Shown here: one piece after another, positions 26,878-39,801 of the stretch | How positions within the stretch are numbered: the first letter of the stretch is position 1 | Layout: each line of letters opens with the position of its first letter | Notes under the pieces: model-generated | Told to the model about the DNA's origin: nothing | The model's database searches: none | What the model saw: the letters and a program-made list of their open reading frames with translations, nothing else | DNA from: Octopus vulgaris | Taxonomy: Eukaryota | Direction: 5' to 3' | Assembly (NCBI GenBank): GCA_951406725.2 | Contig: OX597827.1 | Span: forward strand, 13,392,001-13,456,000 | DNA length: 64,000 nt | Position numbers and translations under genes: made by a program

Positions 26878-27297
26878 GGCGCAAGAGTGACTGTGTGGTA
26901 AATAGCTTGCTAACCAACCACATGGTTCCAGGTTCAGTCCCACTGCATGGCATCTTGGGCAAGTGCCTTCTGCTATAGCCCCGGGCCGACCAATGCCTTG
27001 TGAGTGGATTTGGTAGACGGAAACTGAAAGAAGCCTGTCGTATATATGTATATATATATAAATGTGTATGTGTGTATGTGTGTGTTTGTGTGTCTGTGTT
27101 TGTCCCCCTAGCATTGCTTGACAACCGATGCTGGTGTGTTTACGTCCCCGTCACTTAGTGGTTTGGCAAAAGAGACCGATAGAATAAGTACTGGGCTTAC
27201 AAAGAATAAGTCCTGGGGTCGATTTGCTTGACTAAAGGCGGTGCTCCAGCATGGCCACAGTCAAATGACTGAAACAAGTAAAAGAGTAAAAGAGAGT
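26878..27297 (+). mobile_element. family A SINE, full length
   Basis: Matches the family consensus. Confidence 0.9.
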
Positions 27298-27489
27298 AAT
27301 CTAGATGAGTAGTAACACCAAACATGAACTGATTCAAACCATAAAGACCCATCCCAACCATGCCAGAATAGAAAACTTGAAGGTAAAACAAAGTGAAACG
27401 ATGATGGTGATAGTGATAGTGGGGATGATGATGTTTACATACATCACAAATTTATATGTAAGAATATCAGAAACCAATATCAGAAGCAA

Positions 27490-27720
27490 AAAGGTGGCGA
27501 ACTGGCAGAAACGTTAGCATGCCGGGTGAAATGCTTAGTGGTATTTCGTCTGCCTTTATGTTCTGAGTTCAAATTCCACCGAGGTTGATTTTAGCTTTTG
27601 TCCTTTCGAGGTTGATAAATTATTAGTTATGCACTGGGGTCGATGTAATTGACTTAATCTCTTTGTCTGTCCTTGTTTGTCCCCTCCATGTTTAGCCCCT
27701 TGTGGGCAATAAAGAAATAA
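27490..27720 (+). mobile_element. family D SINE
   Basis: Matches the reverse complement of 15399-15629. Confidence 0.85.
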
Positions 27721-27783
27721 GAAACCAATATGTACAATCATACCTATACATGCACATATAACACACACACACATATGTATATA

Positions 27784-27817
<34 letters not shown>

Positions 27818-27820
<3 letters not shown>

Positions 27821-28003
27821 CTCCGTGCCGGTGGCACGTAAAAAGCACCCACTACACTCATGGAGTGGTTGGCGTTAGGAAGAGCATCCAGCCGTAGAAA
27901 CATTGCCAGATCAGACTGGGCCTGGTGCAGCCTTCTGGCTTCCTAGACCCCAGTTGCACCGTCCAACCCATGCCAGCAGGGAAGCGGACGCAAACGATGA
28001 TGA
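27818..28003 (+). mobile_element. family B element in (TA)n
   Basis: Matches 4558-4805. Confidence 0.85.
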
Positions 28004-28071
28004 TATATATATATATATATATATGAAAAAACAAGTCAGGATAGAAAATGCTAAAATAATTTTATAAAGAA

Positions 28072-28118
28072 CATTTCAGTACCGGTTTCAGTCATTTGAG
28101 ACCTTTTCAACTGTAACA
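28072..28118 (-). ncRNA. hammerhead motif, U3-A8 core variant
   Basis: Minus strand: tgttacag TTGAAAA ggtc-tcaaat-gact GAAA ccgg TA ctgaaatg. Confidence 0.65.
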
Positions 28119-28475
28119 ATTAAATAATTAAATTTAGAAAAATTAAAAGAAAAGTTTTTTTAAAAGAATATTTGTATAGTGTTCAAATATAAGTGGCATT
28201 TTCCTTGTTTCTGCCTTTCTCTGTCTCTCTTGTTTACTCTTGTGAGGTCATTGTGAATTCTTGGTAGGGAAGAAGAAGGAGGAGGAGGAGGAGAAGGGGA
28301 GGAAGAGGGCGAAGAATTTGGAAGTGCCTTGATCGTAGTATTTTGAATGGTCAGTGGAGGCTAGCAGTTGCTGTTCAATTCATGAAAATATTTCTATTGA
28401 AAGTTTTGTTTGTAGAATTTGCATAGGTGTTATACTAAAAAGCATTAGCGGTAAAGTTAGGAAGGAGAAGGGTGA

Positions 28476-28610
28476 GAAGAAGAAGAAGAAGAAGAAGAAG
28501 AAGAAGAAGAAGAAGAAGAAGAAGAAGAAGAAGAAGAAGAAGAAGAAGAAGAAGAAGAAGAAGAAGAAGAAGAAGAAGAAGAAGAAGAAGAAGAAGAAGA
28601 AGAAGAAGAA
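28476..28610 (+). repeat. (GAA)n pure trinucleotide repeat, about 45 units
   Basis: Directly visible. Confidence 0.95.
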
Positions 28611-29050
28611 AAAGATGATGATGATGATGATGTAATATTTGCGTGTATATTTGTGTTATTCTATATATATATATATATACATACATATGTATGTATGTGT
28701 GTATTTGTGTAAGGAGACAGTTATCAAAGCAATGGAATTGAGCCCAGAAGCACACGGCTGAATGTGTGAATCAAACTTCTTAATATGGCCACACTTCATA
28801 TACATATATGAGATCATATCTTCTCAATAGATACCTATTATTCTGAGAGTACCTAGCATTACTTATACATTTTGACTTCTTCATCTTAATTTAAAAATGA
28901 AGTTAATTTTTGTAGAAGTGTCTTGTACAGAAAGGAATAACTAACAATAGAGTTGCTTTACCTTTCATCTGCTGCCGGTTTCTGTCATTGGACTGCAGCC
29001 ATGCTGGGATATTGCCTAAGTTTAACAAATCCACTCCAGTATTTATTTTG

Positions 29051-29369
29051 CAGCATGGAAGGTGTTTGTAAGCCATTTAAGAAACACACAAAAGCCGTTC
29101 AATTCACTTCAACATTTAAGTTTAATTTGTCAAAATATTTTCGGTGCTAAAATCCGCGACCTGTTCACTGACAAAAATCCGTGCTGCATCTACGAATACA
29201 TTTTGACTTCTTCATCTTAATTTAAAAATGAAGTTAATTTTTGTAGAAGTGTCTTGTACAGAAAGGAATAACTAACAATAGAGTTGCTTTGCCTTTCATC
29301 TGCTGCAATTGTTTTCATTTCAGCACATGATCTCAGATCAAATCACTTGCTATGCGAGTACATCTCCGT
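29051..29369. mobile_element. rearranged hammerhead element insertion with 13-bp TSD
   Basis: TSD agtatttattttg at 29038-29050 and 29370-29382. Contains the inverted 5' part and direct tail of the 37912-38112 family. Confidence 0.8.
29126..29175 (-). ncRNA. hammerhead motif, G3-C8 core variant
   Basis: Minus strand: tttgtca GTGAACA ggtcgc-ggatttta-gcacc GAAA atat TT tgacaaa. Confidence 0.7.
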
Positions 29370-29543
29370 AGTATTTATTTTGTTCCTTTTCTAAGTCTGG
29401 TACTTATTTTGTTGGTCTTTTTCACCAAAACGCTATGTTATGAGAATGAAAAGAAGCCAGCACAAATACTGAAAGACAAACACCAACAAAAGCACAAAGT
29501 CACATGTGCATATCCATACTTACATACATACATATATGGATGA

Positions 29544-29928
29544 TGGAAGCACTCCGTCGGTTACGACGACGAGGGTTCCGGTCGATCCGAATCAACGGAA
29601 CAGCCTGCTCGTGAAATTAACGTGTAAGTGGCTGAGCACTCCACAGATACGTGTACCCTTAACGTAGTTCTCGGGGATATTCAGCGTGACACAGAGTGTG
29701 ACAAGGCCGGCCCCTTGAAATACAGGTACAACAGAAACAGGAAGTAAGAGTGAGAGAAAGTTGTGGTGAAAGAGTACAGCAGGGATCACCACCATCCCCT
29801 GTCGGAGCCTCGTCGAGTTTTAGGTGTTTTCGCTCAATAAACACTCACAACGCCCGGTCTGGGAATCGAAACCGCGATCCTATGACCGCAAGTCCACTGC
29901 CCTAATCACTGGGCCATTGCGCCTCCAC
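29544..29928 (-). mobile_element. family C tRNA-derived SINE, full length
   Basis: Head ggaggcgcaatggcccagtgattagggcagtggac...ggtttcgattccc, tail cgtcgtcgtaaccgacggagtgcttcca. Confidence 0.9.
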
Positions 29929-29959
29929 ACATATATACATACATGCATACATATATATA

Positions 29960-30305
29960 TTATCCAAAGTTTACAGTATTATATATCCATCATGGCTGAT
30001 CTTAACAATCAATTTCACACTGGAGGTATAACGGAGTGTTAGGTACCAATCTGACTATATAACCCTACGCTCATCAGAGGTAGCCGGATTGAAGTATTTC
30101 ATTCCATATTGGCTACCTCTGACGAGTGTAGGGTTATACAACTGGATTGTTACCTAACTCTCTGTTGTACCCTTAGTGTTGAAACCTATTAGTAGGATCA
30201 GCCATGATGGATATATAATACTTTTTACTTTGGATAATATACCCACTCTATTGACAGACATATGAGTGCATCTCTTTCCTGACTTATGGACTTTTAGACG
30301 ACTTT
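29960..30305 (+). mobile_element. foldback element with degenerate hammerhead cores in both arms
   Basis: Arms 29960-30085 / 30111-30236. ctgacga at 30119 (plus) and ctgatga at 30071-30077 (minus), each followed about 55 nt later by gaaa. Confidence 0.6.
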
Positions 30306-30708
30306 TGCTCTCTCTCTCTCTCTCTCTGTATACATATGTATATACGCATATATATATATATATATAGTTTACTGTTCCATTAAGGTAATCCATCAAATGT
30401 CTGGAAACTCAGGACATGTTATAAATAACCTGCCTACATCCTCGTCTTCAAAGTAAGAAACTACTAGTAGCTTGTATTTTTGCATTAAATGATATATATA
30501 TAGGAGGTAGGCGCGGGCATGGCTGTGTGGTTAGGGAGCTTGCTTTCTAACTACATGGTTTCGGGTTCAGTCCCACTGTGTGGCACTTTGGGTAGGTGTC
30601 TTCCGCTATAGCCCCGAGCCGACCGGAGCTTTGTGATTGAATTCGGTAGGCAGGAGTTACTGCCATGTGCGTATAGCTGCTCAGTGCCTCTCCGAAAGAG
30701 AGAGAGGG

Positions 30709-31422
30709 AGGTCTGATTAAATAGTATCCAAACTGTTACCATAGTAACAAAGCTAAAGCATGCAGTGTGAAGCATGCATAGTAAAGTATGCAGAGTGAAG
30801 GAGTGTATGAGACACAAACAAGGGTACGAAGGGTTCAGATGTTTCTGAGACGGCTGAAAAATGTCAATATTGATGAACGTCCTGGGAGACCCGCAACCAG
30901 CAGAACTGAGAAAAACATCGCAGATGTGCATGCAGCTATGAGGAGAAATCATCAAATCACCATCCGTGAGTTATCAGAGGATGTGCAGATTAGTTATAGT
31001 TCAGTTCAGTCCATTATCACTGAAGATTTGGGTATGAGATGCATGCCTGCCAGGATTGTGCCAAAACTGCTTTCAGTTGACCAAAAAGACACTTGGGTTT
31101 CAGTTGCACAAGGTCTCTTTGACATCGAGAATGATGGAAATTTTTTGAAAACTTTGCGTACACCTCTGAGCAGGTATCGCCAAGCTTTTGGCAAAATTTG
31201 ATGCAGATTCTCTGCTCAACTTTCTTTGTCATGGTCAATGTGATGATCACATGCTACACACCTTCCTTCCAAACACTGCTGTAAACTGTAGAAGTGAGCT
31301 AGAATGTTAAAACTTAGTGTGCATGCACAGCAGAGTTTAAGGTCAATCTGTGCCAAGCGGCTTTACTCTGAATGCCTTAGCTTCATTACTATGGCAACAG
31401 GCCAAATTCTTATTGATCAGAC
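30709..31422. mobile_element. mariner derivative with TIRs and internally inverted transposase N-terminus
   Basis: TIR-like ggtctgat..gtt(a/g)ccatagtaa..aagctaa at both ends. DERPGRP..ITIREL..IVPKLL on plus, MTKKVEQRICIKFCQKLG on minus. Confidence 0.8.
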
Positions 31423-31465
31423 CATGTATGTACATGCATGTCTGCATACATACATATATGTGTGG

Positions 31466-31786
<321 letters not shown>

Positions 31787-31991
31787 TCAAATAATATTGT
31801 CGAACCATTATGCAAAAGGTACAAACATTAAATTTTCCTGTACATAAATTTACACCTATTTTCCTCTCAGTACAATCAACAATCTCAAATATTCTTATAC
31901 CCATTACTTTAATATTAAATCTTTACTTATTATTAACTAACAAATAAACCATCTTCATTACTTTAAATTTTAACTAAAATCAAAAGCTTTT

Positions 31992-32028
<37 letters not shown>

Positions 32029-32267
32029 GTGTGTGTGTGTGTGTAAATATATATATATATAGTAGAAATAATAAAGAGAAAGTTCTTGGTACAGCATTAT
32101 AAATATTTGAAAGAATGAGTGGAGGTGGCTTTTTTGAGGGGATAAATTTTATTTTAATCTTAATGATAATGTTTACAGTAAGTTTACATTATTAAGATTA
32201 AAATAAAAGTTATCCCTTCAAAAAGCCATCTCTTCTCATCCTTTCAAACATATATTTATATATTCAT

Positions 32268-32298
<31 letters not shown>

Positions 32299-32331
32299 AG
32301 CATATACGTGTGTGTGTGTGTGTGTAAATAT

Positions 32332-32479
32332 AAACTGGGACAAGAACACAAAACATTTAGAAGATGATACAAAAAACACGGATCAAGAACCAGATCATCC
32401 TCGCAGCCGAAATTGTGAGAATGTCCCGTCCGTGTTTTTTGTATCATCTTCTAAATGTTTTGTGTTCTTGTCCCAGTTT
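32332..32479. repeat. perfect 51-bp inverted repeat element in microsatellite
   Basis: 32332-32382 / 32429-32479. Confidence 0.85.
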
Positions 32480-32536
32480 GTATTTTTCTACATATACATA
32501 TATATATAGCAGCGCCTGTACCCCTTTGGTCTTATA

Positions 32537-32628
<92 letters not shown>

Positions 32629-32630
32629 TA

Positions 32631-32673
<43 letters not shown>

Positions 32674-34267
32674 AATATTAGGGAATAAATCCAAACTTAC
32701 AGGGAAAAATCTAATTTATATATATATATATTTATATATAGAGAGAGAGAAAGAGAGAGTCACGCACACAAAACAGGCTTGCATGCAGTTTCCATCTACT
32801 AAATTCACTCACAAGGCATTGGTTGTCCCTGGGCCATAGCAGAAGACACTTGTCTTCACTGAGACTGAACCCAAAACCGTCTGGTTGCAAAGCGAGCTTC
32901 TTAATTATTCAGCCAGCAGGTTTTGAACTCATAGCACTGAGACGCCACCGAACTAGACACATTAAGACCATTTGCTTTCCTTCTTACAATGTCAGCCGTG
33001 TCTAGTAAATAAAATTGATTAATTGATGTCTAAATATTAGGTTTATAAGTAAAATACTAAATAAATTCTGGACAATTCCACTTAACGTTTTAGGTTGAAA
33101 TAAAACCTTCAGCTCGGGGCTTTTTCTCAAAGTAGGTGGAAAGGAAATGGAATCAAATTTTAATAATATTATGCAAGAGAAGCATCTCTTTCTTTATTGC
33201 CTTTTTCTTTCAATGTCAGATTACTAAACTACTCTAATACCTCGAAAACCATTACAGCTTTCTGTTGTTTCCATGAACAAGCTACATTTAAAAATCAACT
33301 ACCATTACCCTGTCTCTATAGACAAACTAACAAACAAACAAGCAAGCCAGAATGACAATAAATTACTGATGCTAAGCGCTACCTCTGTTGCAACAAATAG
33401 AATCATCTTTATCACAAATTATTGATATTTCTAAACACATTGATACCCATTATTGTGTCCATAACATTTGACACACAGACTCTCATCGGAGAGAGAATTT
33501 CAGAATTAATAATAGAATAATTTACTTTTTATTGGCTTTGTTTTAGTTTTATGGCTTGGATCTAGAATATTAATAAAGAAATGTCTGTGTCAAGAATCTG
33601 AATGCCTAAATAGTTCTGAAGAGTGGAACATAGAGCAAGAACAATGGAATAAAAAGGAAAAATGCATAAAAAGAGATGACAACTCACTCCCTACCTTGAA
33701 CTACTATAAAGTGTAAATAATGAGATGGCTTATTTAGTGCAAAGTCTTAATACACTTTACATATGTATAATGTTACACGTTTAGACTATGCATTGTTACT
33801 CTTAAACACACTCACAAATAATCATACAAACGTACACACATGCATCAGAAATTGCTTCTGTAGAAGAATACAGTTACAGCCTTGTTCTGAAACAATGTTG
33901 GGGGGTTTATAACTCATAGAGAGAACATGTGGATCTTCAAATTGAATGATCACGATTTTCATTTATTTGGCAGCACATTCTGTCTCAATGTGGTTATATT
34001 TCTACCAGCCATTGAAATCTGACTAGTTTTATATCAATAGAAGTGAGTGATATATTTGTCATAAGAAGTGTCAGGTCTAACATTTCAGGCTTTACCTTTT
34101 TGTCAGAGAGCATAGAAGGAATAGAAAATTACTTTTGTTTCTTAGGCTGGAGCTGAAAGTGAGACAAGATGTTATTCTTTGGGCTGGATCGATCTAATCC
34201 AGCGGTAGAGATCTTTTGTTATGATGGAAGGGCGCATTAAAGTTAACTGTTATCTGACAAGACTATG

Positions 34268-34398
34268 TCCTGATGTAATCTCCAGGGATACAGGCATCCA
34301 GCAACAGGACCTCCGTAATGCTATGATGGACCATGAAGTCTGGCGTAGCATGGTAAATTCCATTGTCTCGACCACGGTCGAACAATGATGATGATGAT
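34268..34398 (+). mobile_element. RTE LINE 3' end
   Basis: PDVISRDTGIQQQDLRNAMMDHEVWRSMV followed by a (GAT)n tail. Confidence 0.75.
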
Positions 34399-34456
34399 GT
34401 CCAAAACAAATTTTTATTCTGCTAAATCTATTTAAAAATATATAATTATTCCTCAG

Positions 34457-34782
34457 TGAAGGCCCATGGCTGAGTGGTTTGGGTATTCAGCTCACGATCG
34501 CAAAGTCACGAGTTCAAATCATGGCCACACTTTGTATCCTTGAGCAAGACACTTTATTTCACATTCCTCCACTCCTCTCAGCTGGCAAAAATGAGTAGTA
34601 CCTGTATTCCAAAGGGCCAGCCTTGTCACACTCTATGTCATTCTGAATCCACCTGAGAACTACATTAAAGGTACACGTGTCTGTGGAGTGCTCAGCCACA
34701 TGCACATTAGTTTCACAATGGGGCTATTCCATTGATCAGATCAACTGGAACCTCATCCTCATAACTGATGGAATGCCAGTAT
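34457..34782 (+). mobile_element. SINE with different tRNA head/core but family C tail (second copy 50630-50940)
   Basis: Core ccttgagcaagacactttatttcac, tail gccttgtcacactc..gagaactac..gtgctcagccac. Confidence 0.75.
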
Positions 34783-35492
34783 TCCTCAAATCTCAAAGGA
34801 AATGTAAAAAAAAACCAAAGTGTTTAATGAATAAATGAATGAAAAACGGTTTCAGAATAAACACCTTCACCTTATTGTATAATTTTTTTTATTGAAAATT
34901 TCTCCAGGTATCTCTGTTTCATTCACATTTATAAATAAACAAGCAATTGCAAGTGTAGATAACAAAATGTAGATATTCCTCGAAGTCACAAAAAGGTGAG
35001 ATAATTTGGTTCTAAATAAAATAAGGACAGCAAAAATATATTCCAGTATCACGATTTCTCATCAAATGTTGCATGCAGCTTCATATAACTTTAAGCATTT
35101 AGCATTTAAGCCAGCTATATCCAGCCACAGTATACTACCTATTTTATGTTCAAGACAGCCACATCTGGCCTCTCTCACCTACACTACAATGTCATTCTAA
35201 GAATGAAACAATTACTTCATCAAAATCTTGAAGATACAAGATAATGCATGATTATTTCGAAACAATGTGAGTGAATAAGCATAGGACCTCAAAGGTTGCT
35301 TAGGATCTAAAGACTGCATTTGATCTTAAAGATGGTATAGGATCTTCAAGACAGCATAGAACCTTGAAGGTTGCATAAAACTTTAAAGACAGTATAAGAC
35401 CTTAAAGGATGCATAGGATCTTAACACTTTCAATACAAAATGGCTGACCGTTAGTAAGGAGAGACACACAAATAAGAAAGAAGAAAGCAAAG

Positions 35493-35536
35493 GACCACTG
35501 ATGAGATCACAGGAGTGTGACGAAATAACTCTGGCC
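35493..35536 (+). ncRNA. minimal type I hammerhead motif
   Basis: cca CTGATGA g(a)tcaca-ggag-tgtgac GAAA taac TC tgg. Canonical core with 1-bp stem III. Confidence 0.65.
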
Positions 35537-35654
35537 GAAATTAGATTAAGATTAATGTAAAAAATAAATAGCGCTGAAGCAAAGTAACACCAAATATATA
35601 GTGCATGTGTTTTTTATTGGCTAAACTGGCAAAATGACCATTTCTAAATACAAC

Positions 35655-35870
35655 AATACCTTTCATTACTGTTTTTATTTTAAGATGCTCTGTGTTTCTT
35701 TCAATTACAAAGAATTTAGTAAAATAACTTGGTTATAATTAAGCTAGTGTTAGGAAGATAAATTGTGACTAAGGTTTGGTGGAAGATTTTAATTCAAAAC
35801 TTATGAAAGCAAGACATTTGTACTATAGAGCCAGAGCCAGTTTCAGCCAGGTTGGTATCGAAAGGGTTAA
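35655..35870 (-). mobile_element. TTAA-ended MITE (family of 61626-61853)
   Basis: Ends gttggtatcgaaagggttaa. Confidence 0.8.
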
Positions 35871-36171
35871 TGCTGATAAGGGCTTTAAAGGCAGCATAGG
35901 ACCTTAAAAGCTACACTCAGCATTTAGGTTGCAGGTTCCCTACCTCTGTGCTAACCTAAATGATAACAACACATTTTTTCTCTTTCTCTCACTTTTAGAT
36001 GATAGACAATACCTGTAACATTAGACACTGTTCATCCATAGTTGTAGATAATGCAGGGGCCTAGTGATGTCTTAGCTAGCCCTGACAAGTCTGCTGGCTT
36101 CAGCCTACTCCTAGTATTTCTGAATAGCAAATATCTACATTTTAGTTATTAAGATAAGAACTTCCACCAGA

Positions 36172-36551
36172 TGGAGTGGCTGTGCAGTAAGTAGCTTGCT
36201 TACCAACCACATGGTTCCAGGTTCAGTCCCACTGCGTGGCACCTTGGGCAAGTGTCTTCTACTATAGCCTCGGGCCGACCAAAGCCTTGTGAGTGAATTT
36301 GGTAGACGGACACTCATAGAAGCCTGTTGTGTATATATATATATATGTTTGTGTGTCTGTGTTTGTCCCCCTAGCATTGATTGACAACCGATGCTGGTGT
36401 GCTTATGTCCCCGTCACTTAGTGGTTCAGCAAAAGAGACCGATAGAATAAGTTTCTAGGCTTACAAAGAATAAGTCCCGGGGTTGATTTGCTCGACTAAA
36501 GGCAGTGCTCCAGCATGGCCGCAGTCAAATGACTGAAACAAGTAAAAGAGT
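36172..36551 (+). mobile_element. family A SINE
   Basis: Matches the family consensus. Confidence 0.9.
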
Positions 36552-37527
36552 AGATGTAATAATCTGATTATAGAGCTGTGCAAATTAGTATAGTTGTTTG
36601 AGCATTGGTAGGAAACTGTCTGTGCTCTGTTTTCAAATCCCATTTGATTCCTCTTACACTTCAGCCTTTGGTGGGTTAATAAAAATGTACCAATTCAGTA
36701 TGATGAATTAGCAGAAGTGTTTGGTTATCAGACAAAATACTTTGTGACATTTGTTCAGGCCCTTTGTGTTCTGAGAGCAACATGTGTGGTAAGGTTGGTG
36801 CCAAGTAAGGTTAGCACAGAAGTAGGGAACCTACAACCTAAATGCTGAGAGTAGCTTTAAAGGTCCTATACTGCCTTTAAAGCCCTAATCAGCATTAACC
36901 CTTTCGATACCAACCCGGCTGAAACCGGCTCTGGCTTTATAGTACAAATGTCTTGTTTACATAAGTTTTGAATTAAAATCTTCCACCAAACCTTAGTCAC
37001 AATTTATCTTCCTAACACTAGCAGTGGCCTTTCCTTTGGAAAACATTAGTTGCATGATGAGTGAAGACTTACATACACAGGCAACAGTCTGCCTTCCATA
37101 AAAAAAAAGCATCACTCTGGCCTCTGTATGCAGGTACAGATATATGGTCACCCCTGACCAACAGAGGCTCCTCTACAAATCTATGTATTATTTAGGGAAA
37201 TGAAGATATCAGAATCATCTACAGAATCTGTCAGTTGAAAAATTGCTGTTGATGCAAGGTAACCACAAAGTTTATCTGAACTTTATTAATAAATAAGTCA
37301 ATATCCAGAATAAATCACTTTTGTATGTAGATTAGCTAATTAGTATTCATAGAAAATTATATAATGGATCTTAGAATTGATTAATTCCAAAACAATAAAT
37401 AAATAAAATACATGTCATTTGCAATTAAGTATGTCTTGGTATTATTGGTGTTTCTTGAGGGAATGCAAAGCATGCAATGCATACCTAAGATATTCAAATG
37501 AGTACAAGTAATAAATTAGATATTAAT

Positions 37528-37675
37528 ACTCTTTTACTCTTTTACTTGTTTCAGTCATAAGCCCAGTACTTATTCTATCAGTCTCTTTTGCCGAACCGCT
37601 AAGTGACGGGGGGACATAAATACACCAGCATCGGTTGTCAAGCAATGCTAGGGGGACAAACACACAAACACACAA

Positions 37676-37706
<31 letters not shown>

Positions 37707-37878
37707 CATATATACGATAGGCTTCTTTCAGTTTCCGTCTACCAAATCCACTCCCATGGCATTGGTCGGCCCGGGGCTATAGCAGAAGACACTTGCCCAA
37801 GGTGCCACGCATTGGGACTGAACCCGGAACCATGTGGTTGGTTTGCAAGCTACTTACCACACAGCCACTCCTGCGCCT
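37528..37878 (-). mobile_element. family A SINE with internal deletion
   Basis: Lacks the segment between cagtca and taagcccag. Confidence 0.85.
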
Positions 37879-37911
37879 ATTAATATAAATCTTTCATATA
37901 TGTGTATGTGT

Positions 37912-38112
37912 GTGCACAGATTTTTGTCAGTGAACGGGTTGAGGTCTTAAAGCGACGAAAATATTTTGACAAATTAAACTTAAGTGTTGAAGTGAATCGA
38001 ACGGCTTTTGTGTGTTTCTTAAATGGCTTACAAACACCTCCCACGCTGCAATTGTTTTCGTTTCAGCACACGATCTCAGATCAAGTCACTTGCTATGCAA
38101 GTACATCTCCGT
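37912..38112 (+). mobile_element. microsatellite-flanked element with G3-C8 hammerhead motif (37923-37973)
   Basis: tttgtca GTGAACG ggttgaggtcttaaagcgac GAAA atat TT tgacaaa, then a ~140-nt tail. Confidence 0.75.
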
Positions 38113-38126
38113 AATATATATATATA

Positions 38127-38538
38127 TACTCTTTTACTCTTTTTACTCTTTTACTTGTTTCAGTCATTTGACTGCGGCCATGCTGGAGCACTACCTTTAG
38201 TCGAGCAAATCGACCCCGGGACTTATTCTTTGTAAGCCCAGTACTTATTCTACCGGTCTCTTTTGCCGAACCGCTAAGTGACGGGGACGTAAACACACCA
38301 GCATCAGTGGTCAAGCAATGCTAGGGGGATAAACACAAACACACACACACACATACATATATATATACATATATACGACAGGCTTCTTTTAGTTTCCGTC
38401 TACCAAATCCACTCACAAGGCATTGGTCAGCCCGGGGCTATAGCAGAAGACACTTGCCCAAGATGCCATGCAGTGGGACTGAACCCGGAACCATGTGGTT
38501 GGTTAGCAAGCTACTTACCACACAGCCACTCCTGTGCC
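38127..38538 (-). mobile_element. family A SINE, full length
   Basis: Matches the family consensus. Confidence 0.9.
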
Positions 38539-38691
38539 TATATATACATATCTTGTGTGTATGTATTCTTTCTTTTATTCTTTTACTTGTTTCAGTCATT
38601 TGACTGTGGCCATACTGGAGCACTACTTTGAAGGGTTTTAGTCAAAGAAATTGACCCCCAGGACTTATTTTTTTAAGCCTAGTACTTATTC

Positions 38692-38868
38692 TACAATGTT
38701 TACATTATTTACATTATTTACATTTGATGTCTATCTGCCCTCATCTTGTTTGTTGTTAACACCACGTTTTGGCTGATATACCTTCCAGCCTTCATCAAGG
38801 CATATGGTGTTGTGGTTAAGAGCATGGGCTACTAACCCCAAGATTCTGAGTTCAATTCCAGGCAGTGA

Positions 38869-38906
<38 letters not shown>

Positions 38907-38959
38907 TCGAAAAATACTTGTGGAATGAGAACACAGGTTCGAAATTTCCTCAAGACACC
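38692..38959 (+). mobile_element. second tRNA-headed hammerhead SINE copy
   Basis: Inverted 3' end at 38692-38798 (decayed hammerhead, minus), tRNA head 38799-38870, (AAT)n, body truncated at aagacacc. Confidence 0.75.
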
Positions 38960-39575
38960 ATGACACAATTTACACTGCCAGAAATTTGGAAACAACATAC
39001 TGTAATAGTTGGCATTCATGCCGGAAGCCCCAATATGAACATTTCAGAGTGTTTAAGTGTCAATCTGAGGACAAAGCAATCTGAGGACATGTACTGAGAG
39101 TGATAAAAATCAAACATCCAATCAACATCCTGGTGTTTGGAGTGACCACTAGTGATGGTGACATTATACCTTCTTTCACTGTCCCACATGGCCTCAGACT
39201 CAACATGGAGGCCTACATCAAATGCATAGAGGAGGTAGTGCTGCCCTGGGTCAAGAGGCTAGAAAACCCTATGTCTGGCAACAGGGCTCTGCACCATGCC
39301 ACACAAGCAGGAGAACCCAGTCATGGCTGTCACACAATTTCTGTCACCACATCATCTCTAACATCTGGTCACCTAACTGCCCAGATTGCAACCCCATTGA
39401 TTATTATGTGTGGGGTGCAGTGGAGTGAGAGACCAACACAACTCCTTGTAACACCAAGGATTATGGTAGTATTCACCAACTTAAGCAAGTGGATCATCCA
39501 GAAGAGTTGCAGGAGATTCCAAAGTCGTCTGGAAGCTGTGAGTGAAGCCAATGGCGCTTTTATTGAAAAAATTTA
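38960..39575 (+). pseudogene. Tc1/mariner superfamily DD37D (maT-like) transposase relic, internally deleted
   Basis: KHP..ILVFG..TSDG, YIKCIEEVVLPW, WQQ(G/D)SAPCHT..WSPNCPDCNPIDYYVWG with 37 residues between the second and third acidic positions, RLEAV.EANG.FIE. Frameshifted. Confidence 0.85.
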
Positions 39576-39594
39576 TTTTTTAGTATTTCAAGAT

Positions 39595-39766
39595 AGGCGC
39601 AGGAGTGGTTGTGTGGTAAGTAGCTTGCTAACCAACCACATGGTTCCGAGTTCAGTCCCACTGCGTGGCATCTTGGGCAAGTGTCTTCTGCTATAGCCCC
39701 GGGCTGACCAATGCCTTGTTAGTGGATTTGGTAGACGGAAACTGAAAGAAGCCCGTCGTATATATG

Positions 39767-39801
<35 letters not shown>

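Noticed and set aside
28200-28470. Possible GIY-YIG/PLE ORF remnant upstream of the 28072 hammerhead
   Set aside because: No convincing motif in any minus frame. No autonomous PLE is visible in the window.
32383-32428. gcagccgaaattgtgagaat as a hammerhead
   Set aside because: Only a possible 3' half remains and the CUGANGA core is absent.
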